Below are positions 33,267-46,843 of a stretch of DNA of 64,000 nucleotides, one piece after another. Position numbers and translations under genes: made by a program. The stretch covers positions 18,414,001 to 18,478,000 of the forward strand of contig JBHGNT010000008.1 of assembly GCA_043228905.1 (NCBI GenBank). Reading direction: 5' to 3'. The notes beneath the pieces were generated by a model. The model saw nothing but the letters and a program-made list of their open reading frames with translations, did not search any database and had not been told where the DNA came from. Source of the stretch: Azolla caroliniana (lineage: Eukaryota > Plantae > Polypodiophyta). Position 1 is the first letter of the stretch, and each line of letters opens with the position of its first letter.

Positions 33267-35654
33267 ATTTTACTAATCTTCCATGTTTAGTATTTGGATG
33301 AATACATATTTCTAATATTCTGTGTTTACATAATATGTATTTCTAATATGCATTTGGATCAAATACATATTTTACTAATATTTCGTGTTCACCTTGACCT
33401 CAGGGGTTTCATGACGTGTGGTTTTGACTTTCATTTTCTTGAACCTTTCTTTTCTTTTCCGATCGGACCTCATTTTTCGCCGATCACTTGGCCTTGGAAT
33501 AGATATATATATACATACATGTAGTCTCACAATTCGCGATTGTGTGTATATACTATATATATGTACACGCTTGCAGATAATCCCGCCACAAGAGGATTTT
33601 CTCTCTTTTTGTTTAACACGTATTCCGGGTCCTAACTCCTCTCGCAAGTCCTACGTCAGGCCCGTAGAGTTCATCCGTTCCAATGATAAGAGAATACTGA
33701 GGGAAATATGGAATTATATCATCAACAACTTACATGGGCTTTTTGTGAGATTTGTTATAAACCATATTTCTAGAAGTAGAGTACAACACATTCCATTGTG
33801 GGGAGATATTACTATACCTACTACGCATGATCAAATATACTTTGTTTGATGTAGTTTGCTTCTCATAAGTATTTCACAACTTTGCCCATAATCTCATAGC
33901 AAATGTCATAGCCCAAAACTATGACTTTTGCTTTCTTCCTATCTTTCTTTTGTCTCTTTTTTAACTCCATGTAATAGAGTCGAGAATCTTCTTGTTGTAC
34001 TTACACACCCTCATAAACTTGCTAGGGCTTATCAAATTTTAATATTACATATATTTCGCCTATTTTGTGCAAATCCTTGTCCAAGTATCTGGTACGAAGG
34101 CTTCGCCACAAGGATTGTGTTGAAAATTTCAGCTAGGAATTCCAAGCTTGGTAGACAAAGTTAGCTCAATTGATGTATAACAAATCACCAAACTATCTTG
34201 CAGGTAAGCTCGTCATGTTTGTATGAAGGCTCACGATGAACTTTTCAGATTTCGATTCCGACCTCCAATTAGGGTATGGTACCAGTAACACTAAGGTGTT
34301 TAAAAAACTATGGGGGTGACATAAAATGCCTTTACTTGATGTCTATTTCGAAACAAGAATTCTTATTGAGAAACCATGGATAATCAAGTATTACATCAAG
34401 ACGGCATGACAATGGCGATGACCTATGGTAGGATACCTATTGTAGCAAGTCGCGCTGACATGGTACAGGTTACCGACTACAAAAAAAATAAATTAAATTT
34501 AAAAAATAATAGTAAAAGAAATAATTAAATAAAATTATATAAATCGTAAAAAAAGGATAAGAACAAAAAGGTATATATATATATATTATACATGCATATA
34601 TAAAAAAATTTGAATAAATTTATTTATTTATTTTGAAATAAAAATAAATAAAACCTCATGTTATAATTGTTGGTTTAATGACGATGTCGTGAAAATCTGC
34701 TAGTAAGTGCAGATCGTGAGGCGAAACCACCGGGGTTCTGGACCGGAAGGATTTAGGGCTTAATGCTTAATGCATTTTAAGCTTAAAGACGAGAGATTTC
34801 CCTCTAATAAGAGTAAATTGGTAGTATAAGAGATCAAATAACAGTTAATTACATTTATGCATAAGCAAATCTTCGAGTAGGAGATTATGTGAGATTAAAT
34901 AATACTTAATTATTCTTATGAGTAAGAAGGATTAGAGTAAGCAATCATGAATAACACTTAATTTTACTTATACATAAGGAAAATTTAAAGAAAGAGATCA
35001 TGAGAGAGGAAACATGGAAAGCTTTTTATTACTAAATCATCACTATAATGGATCAATTTTGTTACATGATTTATTTTTTCTATCCCCTTTTAGGGTATAA
35101 GAGTATGAGAGAGAAAACATAAATATTTTCTTCTTCAAATCCCACCCCCCCTTCTTCTTAAAATAAGCTCTTATTTATATGTTTAGGATTGCTTGCTTGC
35201 TTCCTTTCTTTCTTTTTCCTAAAAGTTTCTCTATATGAGTCGAGTTTTCTTTTTATCACTATTTCTGTTCCGTAACGTCAAATCTAACATGCAAGATAGT
35301 CTTAGAAAGCTATTTCTGTTAGATTTCTTATGCATCTTTCCTTTTCTAATTTGGACATTGGACGAGGAAATTACGAGCTTTTTACTCGACCTTGCTCCTC
35401 ATATCCACGGTTAGCTTTTCTTTTCCTATCTTTTTCTCTACTTTTGAAAACTGCTTCTAACTCTTTATCCTTTCATTTATTACTATAGTTGATTTAACAA
35501 CATTAGTTTATTTGGGCTACTATTTTATTCTCTTTTGAGGGTGGTTTCGCACTATGTGTCGAAAACATCACGACTTTATTATGTCGTGAAAATCCGTCAC
35601 TATGTGCGGATCATGAGGTGGAACTGACAGGGTTATGGATGGGAAGGAAATAGG

Positions 35655-36490
35655 GCTCACACCCACAACACAAGGAAGGTTTACACAAACAAGGCTCGAG
35701 TATTCGAACGTCTTTGTGAAAAGGAGAGGTGCATGGGCAAGCCCAAATCAACCCCTAGTCACAAGGCGAACGAATGCATGTGAGGAAGGCTTACACACGG
35801 ACACACAAGGAAAAGGCTTACTTACACACACGAGAGACAGAGTTTCGAATGCCTTTGTGGAAAGTGAGGTGCATGGGCAAGCCTGAACGCTCCCTTGTTA
35901 CAAGACACGCGAGCACACAAGCAAGGTTTACACACGGGAGACACAATTTCGAACGCCTTTGTGAAAGGAGAGGTGCATGGGCAAGCCCGAACGCTCCCTT
36001 GCCACAAGTCGCAGGAACACACAAGCAAGATTTACACATGGGAGGCACAATTTCGAACGCCTTTGTGAAAGGAGAGGTGCATGGGCAAGCCCGAACGCTC
36101 CCTTGCCACAAGTCGCACGAACACACAAGCAAGGTTTACACTAACACACAAGCCACAATTTCGAACGCCTTTGTGAAAGGAGAGGTGCATGGGCAAGCTC
36201 GAACGCTCCCTTTCCACAAGTCGCACGAACACACAAGCAAGATTTACACTAACACGCAAGACACGTAAGTTTAAATGCCTTTGTGAAAGGAGAGGTGCAT
36301 GGGCAAGCACGAAACGCTCCCTTGTCACAAGACACACAAACAAATAAGCACAAACAACGATAACATATAAGGCACGTAGGTTTGAATGCCTTTGTGAAAG
36401 GAGAGGTGCATGGACAAGCCCGAAATGCTCCCTTGTCACAAGACACACAAACAAATAAGCACAATCAAGATTTGCACATAAGACAAGTAG
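35655..36490. repeat. Tandem repeat, 7 units of ~105-140 bp
   Basis: Core GCCTTTGTGAAAGGAGAGGTGCATGGGCAAGCCCGAACGCTCCCTTG recurs 7 times. Confidence 0.95.
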
Positions 36491-37189
36491 ATGAAAGAAA
36501 ACATTAGTTTATATCAATATAATAGATTCTTTTATAATATAAGAATCATGTTACAATGGGTTGGATGCGAATATAAAGGATTGTTTATAAAGGAATGGGG
36601 GAAGAGAGGTGGAGGAAAGAAAAGAGTGGAGTATATATCGAAGGAGTTTCTTTGGTGATGATGCCTCTCGATGTTGTTGACCTACTTCTTTTGCTTTCCA
36701 ATTAAGTACCCCCTGTCATGAATACATAAGCATCATGGCTTCACTTGGGCTTGAACCCAAGTCCTTGTAATACATAATCAAGAACCTAACCATTAGGATA
36801 GCATATGATTATATAAAATAATAAAAGCTACTTCCTATAATAGATTGATTATTGTAAATGTTCTGGAACATTCTAGAACATCCTAGAACATCTTAGAATA
36901 TTCTAGGTCTAGAACATTCTAGAACATTATAGAAATCGCTAGGCTATTCTATAGGAACCTATAAATATGGGCATACAATTCTTCTTAAACCAATTCAAAT
37001 CAACACCAGTCTTAAGCTTTCTTCAAATTTCTTGTATCCATCTTCATTCTATCTTACTAATACATTCATTCTTCTCGTGATCTCTTTACATATTTCTTCT
37101 ACCACTCTATCTTTTCTCTTAGTTCTAACAGTTTGATTCAAATTTTCTCTCCCTCTCTCCCTTATCCTGCTCTAAAAACATCACGTAAC

Positions 37190-38348
37190 ATGGTTGCCAT
37201 CAACTCAGAAGAATATCTCACCCTTGTTGTAGAAATGGAGAATATTAAATCCAAGTTCGCATCTCTTGAATTAGAGAATCAACGTATTCTTGGGGATCTA
37301 CAAAAGGTTACTATTGAGAAGCAACAACAAGAAGAAGAGTTTACGTGATGGGTGCAACAATTAGAATCGACAATTGTAATTTTACAACAACAAAGGGTCG
37401 AAGGTCAAGGAAGTATTAAGGAGCCCAAAATCAGTCTCCCAACTAAATTCAATGGTTCAAGGGTGCATTTCCGAGGTTTCTTGAATCAAATGCGGTTGGC
37501 AATCCAAATGCATCCCACGCGTTATCCGACAGATGCATCACAAGTCGGGTTAGTGGGCACCTTATTGACTGGCATAGCGTTATCATGGTGTGCTCCATTA
37601 CTAGAGACAAATTCTCCTCTACTGCATAATTTCGAGGAGTTTGTCAAAGAATTTAAGGCTTGCTTCAGAGATACAGATGGGGCAAGAACGACAATCAACA
37701 AGATTCGTACACTACGTCAAGGTGATCAACCAACCTCAACATATGCAGCTAATTTTCGTCTCATCGCAAGCGATATTCCTTGGGATGAACAAGCCCTAAT
37801 GGAGCAATTTCGTTCCGGTCTTCGTAGTGATGTAAAGAACTTCTTACCTTTCCTGAGGATCCAAAATCACTTACAGAAGCTATTAGTCGAGCAATACGGT
37901 GTGATAATCGTCTTTTTGAGCGTCGATGTGAGCGACAACAACAAATAATAAGATCAAGATACACACCAACTTATGCATCAATAACGGTGCAATCGTCTCC
38001 AAGGCAAACATATAGCCCTGCTCCAACCCCAAGGCAAACACGTAGCCCAACCCCAATGGATAGGCCAACACCCTTGGAGATCGATATGACCCAACGTCGA
38101 GGACCATTGTCGGACGAAGAGAAGCAACGACACTGAGAAAACCGTCTGTGCTTATATTGTGGAGGTCCAGGACATATAGCCATTCATTGCTCCCGTAGGC
38201 CGAGACGTCAGGTAAATAAATTCACTATGACAATAAAAATGAGTCCAACATTTTAGAAGCACTTAGTGATTCTAATATTATGAATAATCCACCCTTGTCC
38301 AATAAGTTTGAATTCCTAAGCCAATTAGAAGAGGAGTCAAACGAATAA
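37190..38348 (+). pseudogene. Chromovirus B gag
   Basis: Retrotrans_gag-like core and CLYCGGPGHIAIHC knuckle; stops and frameshifts. Confidence 0.88.
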
Positions 38349-41300
38349 GTCCGGCCAAAATAGGAGCCATTTGGTTGGACAACCCTAGCTCTGTACAACC
38401 TAGTGTAGGTTCCATTTCATCCAAGCATGTTATTAGAGTATTCTCAACCCAAGTACAAGTTAGGACACCAAGTTACCAACTTCACATCCAAGCCCTCTTA
38501 GATACCGGAGCCAATTCTTGTTTCATGGATAGAGATTTGCCCAAAAACATCAAATATCCTTGCACACACTTCCTTGCCCAGTTTCCGTAGTAGTGATTGA
38601 TGGACGTTCCATAGCTTCCGGGAAGATATTTGAAGAGTCAGAGCCAATACACATACTCTTAGGTGATTTAGGATGTGTAGTTTCCTTTAATATAATCCGT
38701 AGCCCCGAGCATCCAATTGTCCTTGGTTTGCCATGGTTCGAGCTACATAACCCACAAATAGATTGGAGGAGGCAAGAAATTTGGTGGCCTTCTGCAAAAA
38801 ACATCATTGCTAAGGATCGAGACCAGGAGTATTCCCTTAAAGAATATAGTTCTACCAGTGCACCATCTCCTTTTCACCAAATCTCAACCATCACATTGCA
38901 ACAATTGTTCCAAGTGGGAGGAAAGGAGGAACTTTTCTTATTTGGAATATCAATGACACCTTCTAGTGCGACTCAGGGGAATCCAGACATCCAAATTCCT
39001 GAAAAATATCAAGAATATGCTGATGTTTTCGACAAAGTCAAAGCTAGTGTACTTCCAAAGCATCAGCCATATGATTGTCCCATTGACTTCCAACCAGGAA
39101 AAGAGTCATCGTGGGGTCCGATCTACAATCTATCGCCAATTGAGCTTGAGGTTCTTCGAGAATACATTGAGGAGAATCTTGCACATGGGTTTATTCGACA
39201 TTCAAAATCTCCTGCTGGTGCTCCTATATTTTTTGTGAAGAAAAAGGACGGATCACTTCGTTTGGTCGTGGACTATCGGGGATTAAATAAAGTCACCATA
39301 AGAAATAGGTATGCTCTTCCTTTAATCTCTAGTCTTTTAGAGTGCATTGGTGGGGCAAAACATTTTACAAAGCTTGATTTAAGGGGTGCATATAATCTTG
39401 TTCGCATTCGACCGAGAGATGAGTGGAAAACAACATTTCGCACTCGGTATGGTCATTTCGAGTATACAGTCATGCCTTTCGGGCTCACAAATGCACCCGC
39501 AATTTTCCAACATATGGCAAATGACATTTTCTGGGATTTTCTGGATATCTTTCTCATAATCTATTTAGATGATCTGTTGATTTACTCTAAAACATAGGGG
39601 GAGCATGATATACATGTTCGGAAAGTACTTGAATGCTTAAGAAAGTATGGTCTGTATGCCAAACTTGAGAAGTGCAGTTTTGACAGCGAACAAGTCGAAT
39701 TCTTGGGTTATACTATTTTATCTAATGGTATCTTCATGGATCCAACAAAAGTCAAAACAATATTGGAATGGCAACCCCCACATTCTGTTCGAGACGTCCA
39801 ATGTTTCCTCGGATTTGCTAACTTCTATCGCAAATTCATACGAAATTATTCAAAGATCATGTTGCCTCTCACCCAACTCACCAAGAAGAATCAAGCATTT
39901 GTTTGGACTATTGAAGCGGACACAGCCTTTACTCAGCTCAAAGATGCATTCACATCAGCTCCTATATTATCATATATTGATCCCGAAAAACCATTTACCA
40001 TTGAAGCAGATGCGTCAGACTTTGCATTGGGGAGTATCCTATCCCAACCAGGCAAGGACGGGCAATCCCCTCCAGTCGCGTTTCACTCGAGAAAATTTAC
40101 TACTATGGAGATAAACTATGAGGTGCATGGCAAGGAGTTACTAGTTGTGGTTGATTCTTTCGAGCAATGGCAACATTTCTTGGAAGGACCGCCTCATCAA
40201 ATAATCATTTATAGTGATCAAAAAAATCTTACGTATTTTCAAACAGCTTGAGTGTTAAATAGGAGACAAGCTCGGTGGGCACAATTTCTAACTCGTTTTG
40301 ATTTCAAGATTGTTTTCCACCCTAGGAAGCAACAAGGGAAGCCAGATGCTCTATCTCGACGTTCATATCTTGCACCTCGACCTGGAGGTCCGACCTTCGA
40401 CAACCAAAAGCAAATTCTACTAGGACCATCAAAGCTACAAGCAACAACAGTTTATGCGACGCCGCTTGATTCACGCCTTGTTGATATTATTCGGCAACAA
40501 CTTCACTCTGATGATTTCGCTAAGGATGTCTCAGCCCACATTAGTCCAAGCCATGCATCTTGCTCCACATTGCAAGATTCATCTCAACATTACCAGGAAT
40601 TCAAGTGGCAAGATGGCTTACTTTTTTACAAGAATCTCCTTTACGTCCATGATGGATCACCCTGCCTTCAAGTATTACAACATTGTCATGATGCCCCTAT
40701 GGCTGGACATTTTGGTATTGCCAAGAGTCAAGACCATGGAGTTGGTGAAGCGCTCATTTTTGTGGCCTCATTAGCAAAAATTTGTCGAAGATTATGTTTG
40801 TACATGTGACACCTATTGTCAAGCCAAAATACCCAGGCATCATCCTTATGGCTTGTTACAACCATTACTGCCTCCAACCAACCCATGGCAGTCTATTTCT
40901 ATGGATTTCATTATGGATCTTCCACCTTCAAAAGGATTTGATACCATTTTAACAGTAGTGGATCGGTTTACCAAGATGGCACATTTTTTACCATGTGTAA
41001 AGAGTATCAATAGTTAGGAAACCGCAAATATTGTTATGCATGAAGTATTTTGACAACATGGTCTTCCAAACGATATAATTACTGATCGTGGTCCTCAATT
41101 TATCTCTCACTTTTGGAAGCACCTATGGGCAGGCCTCAAAATCTCCTGCAAACTCTCTTCGGCTTATCATCCACAAACCAACGGACAAACAGAGCACACA
41201 AATCAAACACTCGAGCAATATCTTCGATTCTTTATCAGTTATCAACAAGATGATTGGAGCAATATTCTACATCTTGCTGAGTTTGCATACAATAACACAG

Positions 41301-41988
41301 TACACTCTTCTACCAAGGTTACACCTTTCTTTGCCTATACCGGTAACCATCCTCGATGGTGTATCTTGGATCTTCCAAAGTTCACACGAAACCCTAGTGC
41401 TGAGCATCATCTTCATCGACTACATCGAATCCAGTTAGCGTTATCTTCGCATCTTCAAACAACTCAAGCACAACATAAGACCAACGCCGATCGCCATCGT
41501 CTTAAGTCTCCTTTTAAGGTTGGTGACCAAGTATGGTTCCTTCGTCGTCACATCAAGACTACCCGGCCATGTGAGAAGCTCGATTATCAGCGCTTAGGTC
41601 CTTTTCTCATCACTACGCGTATTAAAGATGCCACCTTTCGTCTTAATCTTCCAGCACACATGCGGCTTCACGAAGTCTTTCATAGCTCTCTTTTGGAACC
41701 TTGTCGCACCTCTTCTATTCCTAATCGTGTCGTGCCACCTTTGCCCTCTGTCCAACTTGTTGATGGCCCTGAATATGAGGTAACTGCTATAATTCTTGAT
41801 TCGAAGATTGTGCGGAATAAGCTCTATTATCTAGTTGATTGTCCTCCGAGTGATTGCACTTGGGAACCCATCAATAATGTTTCTAATTCTCAAGCTCTTG
41901 TCAAAGACTTTCATCGCCGTTATCCAAACAAACCGGGCCCTACATTGTTAATGACGACTTCCACTTGTCGTTCTCGAAGGGGAGATAG
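38339..41988 (+). pseudogene. Chromovirus B pol with C-terminal chromodomain
   Basis: LLDTGANSCF, KLDLRGAYN, IYLDDLL, EADASDFA, SMDFI, RLGPF, 'EYEVTAIILDSKIVRNKLYYLVD..TWEP'. Confidence 0.9.
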
Positions 41989-43139
41989 TGTCATGAATAC
42001 ATAAGCATCATGGCTTCACTTGGGCTTGAACCCAAGACCTTGTAATACATAATCAAGAACCTAATCATTAGGATAGCATATGATTATATAAAATAATAAA
42101 AGCTACTTCTTGTAATAGATTGATTATTGTAAATGTTCTGGAACATTCTATAAAATTCTAGAATATCCTAGAACATCTTAGAATATTCTAGGTCTAGAAC
42201 ATTATAGAAATCACTAGGCTATTCTATAGGAACCTATAAATATGGACATACAATTCTTCTCAAACCAATTCGAATTAACACCAGTCTTAAGGTTTCGTCA
42301 CCTTTCTTGTATCCATCTTCATTCTATCTTACTAATACATTCATTCTTCTCTTATCACTTCATTTCTCTCTTCTCGTGATCTCTTTACATCTTTCTTCTA
42401 CCAGTCTATCTTTTCTGTTGGTTCTGACACCCCCCGCCTTCACTAGAATAGGCTCTTATTTATAGGTTTAGGATTGCTTGCCTTTTTCCCCTAAAAAAAA
42501 CTTGTCTATATGAGTTGACTTTTCTTTTCCTCACTATTTCTATTTTCTAGCCACAAATTTCACATGCAAGATATTCTTGGAAATCTCTTTAGGTTAGCTT
42601 TCTTATGTATCTTTTCTTTTCTAATTTGGACATTTGACGAGGAAATTATGAGCTTTTTACTCGACCTTGCTCCTCATATCCACGATTAGCTTTTCTTTTC
42701 CCATCTTTTTCTCTATTCTTGTCTACTTTCAAAAACCTCTTCTAACTTTTTATCCTTTCATTTATTACTATAGTTGACTTAAGAAAATTAGTTTATTTGG
42801 ACCACTATTTTATTCTCTTTTGAGGGTGGTTTCACACTATGTGTCGAAATCATTACGACAACGATATGTTAATCAAGTATTAAACATGAGATCAAACTTC
42901 CATATAACCATACACATCATTTAACTAATCACCCCATGCTTGTGGAAGAGAAACAAATTATTTTACATAATTTAAAAAAAGAAGAGAATGGAGAATACCG
43001 AAGTTCTTGACTTGCTTGTTCTTGGATCGAGAAAATGCACGCCATTAATTGCTCTAGGATTAAGGAAAACATATAAAAAATAACCCAACACAAGAAAACG
43101 TGCTATTATACCAAATGTTAAAATCGCAATTAATATTAA

Positions 43140-43637
43140 TCAAAATAAAAAATGGAAAATATGGAAGAAAGGGCACCAGTCCACCCGACCATCCCCTAGT
43201 GAAGGTGAGAGACAGATCCAAGTCCCATGTTGGTGTCCCATACTACCGTGTACGAACATGGATCGTGCCTTCAGTTTGGAGACTAGCCACACGTGTATGA
43301 AGCTAGAGATTTCCCACAAAGTTAGAGTATTTATCTTAGAACAATAAAGAAAAGAGACCCTCCACCATGAAGGTAGCAAGCCTGCAATGACAATAGCATC
43401 GCCAACCCTCAAAGGATAGTGGCTATCACTACCATGGGAAACCTTAACCGTACCATCAACAACTGGAGCCGATGTTGCCTTGGCAACACGGTGGCAGTTG
43501 TTGCTACCTTCACCATGGTGACACAAGACCAGAATGATGAAAATTGAAGTCACACTGCCCATAAACGCAACCCCCACAGTGAAACCCATGTCCATCTTGT
43601 TTGCATACATGAATGGAATGGAGTGGTGTGAATCCAT
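43140..43637 (-). CDS. Small single-TM protein paralog C (possibly pseudogene)
   Basis: Hydrophobic FTVGVAFMGSVTSIFIILVLC; upstream region homologous to those of paralogs B and D; start codon uncertain. Confidence 0.45.
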   Translation of the reverse strand: MDSHHSIPFMYANKMDMGFTVGVAFMGSVTSIFIILVLCHHGEGSNNCHRVAKATSAPVVDGTVKVSHGSDSHYPLRVGDAIVIAGLLPSWWRVSFLYCSKINTLTLWEISSFIHVWLVSKLKARSMFVHGSMGHQHGTWICLSPSLGDGRVDWCPFFHIFHFLF

Positions 43638-44399
43638 CCAACAAAATATATATACATACATGTATGTAGTATTTGGATGAATGAATATTTTACTAATCTT
43701 TCGTGTTGACCCTGCTATCTGGGGGGTTCACACTGTGTTTTTTACTTTCATTTTTGTGGACCTTTATTTTCTTTTTTGATCACTTGTGTATATATACATA
43801 CACCTAACAATTGGTGACCATATAGATAATTGCGCCACAAGAGGATTTGCTCGCCTTTTGCTTTTAACACGAATTCCGGGTCCTACTCCTCTCACAGGCC
43901 CTACGTCCAACCTGCAGAGTTCGCCCATTCCAATGCTAAGAGAATGCCAAGGGAAATATGAAATCATATTTCCAACAGATTACACTAGCTTTTTGTGAAA
44001 TTTGTAATATAAACCATGATAATTCCAAAAGTACAGTACAACACATTGCATTGCGGGGAGATAGTATTATACCTACTACATATGATCATGCATTACTAAT
44101 ATAATTATTCTCTTTTTAAGAAACTTTAAGTACCAAAATCCCCCCAAAAAGGTCGAGTTTCATGACGATGGATAATTGTGTATAGTCGAGTACCAAAACC
44201 GGATAAAAACTTGAAACCAAAACCCTAAAACACTAGAGAATAGTCGAGTCTGGAAAAGACATCTCCACACCCTCGAAGGCATCCTTCCACATTCCTAATA
44301 GTCTATTGTATTGTAATGAGAAGGTTTGTGTTCCTGATTTGCTTGAAGTAAAAAAGATAATTCCTTTTTAATGTCACAAATGCACCCTCAATGTGGCAC

Positions 44400-45060
44400 C
44401 CTAGGATATATGTCATGCTCATTCTCATCTCTACTCATTTCGATTTGCATCAATGCATCCTAACTTATATAACTATGTGGCTAAATGTCTCCAATATGAA
44501 GACTTTTACATGCCTTGGACATTCCCAACATTAAATGGGAAAGTAAATCCACAAATTTTATTGTTAGGCTTCCCCACACCCAAAAAGGCCATGATGTCAT
44601 TTAGGTCGTAGTTGGTAGACTAACTAAAATGACCAGGTCTATTCCTACTAAAACCAAGATAACCACTTCTGAATTCACTTATTAATTTATTGATTAGTTA
44701 TTCTATTTTTATGGGTTACCGATAAATATTATGAGTCATCAAGATTCACATTTTAAGAAGTGAGAAACTACCATGAGCATGAGCTCCACAAACCATCCTA
44801 AATCCAATGGACATACATAATGACTAAATCAAATTATTGACATGCTTTGAGCAGAGGTTGTTGCAAAGCCAAGAAAATGGGAATGTTATATCCCATGTTT
44901 CGAGTTTACTTGTAACAACTCCAAGAATACATCAATGGGATATAGTCCTTCTATGTTGATGTATATGTTTTAGCCATGAGCCCCGATTGATGGTAATGTA
45001 CATAATGATGAGTTGAGAAGTATGCACAAGATAATATAAAAAGTACTCAAGATAAAGCAC
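44400..45060 (+). pseudogene. Highly degenerate Gypsy integrase fragment
   Basis: Remnant 'PLDIPNIKWE..NFIVRLP..KGHDVI.VVVGRLTKM' and 'HPKSNG' read across frames. Confidence 0.55.
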
Positions 45061-45126
45061 AATTTTAAGCCGACAAAAGTACGAAACCTCACGTATTGAA
45101 CTGTAGATAGACGATATTTCCAAGTT

Positions 45127-45303
45127 ATCACAAAAATCCACCAGTGAGTGCAGATCGTGAAGTGAAACTGATAGGGCTTTGGACTAGAAGGAATTAGGGC
45201 TTAACAATTAATGCACTTTAAGTTTAAAGACGAGAGATTTCCCTCGAATAATACTTAATTATACTTATGCGCAAGCAAAACCTAGAGTAAGAGATTATGA
45301 GAG
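45127..45303 (-). repeat. Partial LTR of the family at 34685
   Basis: Aligns with ~34690-34900 (GTGCAGATCGTGA...TAAAGACGAGAGATTTCCCTC). Confidence 0.75.
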
Positions 45304-45811
45304 AGTATGCTTACATTAGAAGAAATCTCTAACAAAAATGTACTTGCAAGACGTTTGAAGGTCAAGAAAGCGGCGTTGTAGATGATGACACCATATCTCA
45401 CCTTGCCATATGTCTATCTTCCTCCTCACAACACAATGAAGTCGTTAGGCCGATCAACTTCCACGCTCACGAATTCTTTGGTCAATGATAGAGAGCAATA
45501 CCATGGTCGTCGCAAGAAAAATGCACAATCATCGACCTTGTGATGAGCTACCTACCTTTATTGCAACATAGATCCGAACAAGTACCATAAGAAGAAGGAA
45601 GAAGATGTGAAGAGCTAGAGGAGGGTGGATTGGGGATGAAAGAAAAAAGAAAACACACAAACATTTGGTGGCAAGCAACCTAAAAACCTTTTTCCCTTTC
45701 CTACCCTATTTGCACTATTGTTTTTTACCTTTTGCTTGGATGGTCTAGGTAGAATCTAATGTATGCTTAAGTTAAAATTACAAATTATGGTGCATTCCCA
45801 CCTTTTGTTAG

Positions 45812-45900
45812 AGGTGTAGTCTTGAAAAGCATGTCACTTCTCTTGTAATGGATTTAGGTGTAGTCTTGAAAAGCATGTCACTTCTCTTGTAATGGATTTA
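45812..45900. repeat. Perfect ~44-bp tandem duplication
   Basis: GGTGTAGTCTTGAAAAGCATGTCACTTCTCTTGTAATGGATTTA twice. Confidence 0.9.
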
Positions 45901-46522
45901 GTTGCTAGATACTTCCTGATAGAAAAATGGTCCAGTTTAAAATATTAGTATTCTAGTATCCGCTTCCCCTTGTATTCTTGCCTTCATTCCATATTTAATT
46001 ACATTTTCCCAAGGTCTGGAATTATATATATCTTGACCATGAGAGACATGTTCCTACCAATAACCAATCTGGTAATGCATAAACATGTGTGCTTTCACAT
46101 TGGATCAAGAGTCTCTACTCAAACACACATATACCTATATTATAAACATACACATTCCTTGTTGGCCATTTTCATGTTTTTGCATTGACAATGTGGCTTA
46201 TGATGAAATAACTTATTGTTGGCCAACTAACTTCACACAAATCAACAACATGTTGCTCGCCATAGACATACCCCGAAGCATCTCTTATTTCATTCAAAAG
46301 GGGGTTTAAGACATCGGATTGCGGGGCGACATTGAGATTAGTTCTACATTCGCTAAAAAATTGTATTGACCAAACCATGTAATTTTATCAAAAGTAGCAC
46401 GTAATTAATGTACAACGATCGAAAACACCAAAAAATGTGTTTCGCATATGGTTGGGAGGTAATTGAACATTAGAAAAGTTTATTAACTATTAGAAGGACA
46501 TAGCATAAATGTAGTGTAAATT

Positions 46523-46843
46523 TTAACCACCGCCTCCACCACAACCACCGCCCCCGCCACCACAACCACCGCCACCGCCACCGCCACCACAACCACCGCC
46601 GCCGCCACCACCACCACCGCCACAACCGCCACCACTGTCAGTTACAGCCAAAGCAGCAGCAGCAGAAAACATGAGACCGGCACCGACACCGACACCGACA
46701 CCGGCACCGGCACCTGCACCTCGAGCCGTGCCGCCACACAACCCACGAATTAATGAGAGGATGACAATTGACGCTATAATGCCCACAACAGCAATCCATA
46801 CAATGAAAAATATATTCATCTTGTTGAAATGGAGTGCTTCCAT
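46523..46843 (-). CDS. Small single-TM protein with Gly/Cys-rich (GGGCGGG) tail, paralog D; best candidate for an intact host gene
   Basis: 'MNIFFIVWIAVVGIIASIVILSLIRGLCGG...LMFSAAAALAVTDSGGGCGGGG...' open to TAA; start codon (46843 or 46819) uncertain. Confidence 0.7.
   Translation of the reverse strand: MEALHFNKMNIFFIVWIAVVGIIASIVILSLIRGLCGGTARGAGAGAGVGVGVGAGLMFSAAAALAVTDSGGGCGGGGGGGGGGCGGGGGGGGCGGGGGGCGGGGG

Larger units (their letters stand above)
36714..42429 (+). mobile_element. Full-length decayed chromovirus (Tcn1-like Gypsy) B
   Basis: LTRs 36714-37130 and 41989-42429; 5-bp TSD CCCCC; PPT GAAGGGGAGATAG; gag, LLDTGA protease, YLDD RT, RNase H, integrase and chromodomain. Confidence 0.95.
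34685..42860 (-). mobile_element. Two head-to-tail Phygy-type LTRs (34685-35574 and 35582-42860) with no internal region; the second carries a tandem array and a chromovirus
   Basis: TGTCGTG...CGAC(A) termini; reverse complement of the left ends resembles the U5 end of the other Phygy-like LTRs; ACGA on both outer flanks; 35150-35574 aligns with 42435-42860. Confidence 0.75.

Noticed and set aside
35655-36490. CRISPR-like array or repeat-protein ORFs
   Set aside because: Whole units repeat with no unique spacers, no cas genes, eukaryotic LTR context
45305-45650. Possible degenerate Copia gag remnant
   Set aside because: Too decayed to support by eye
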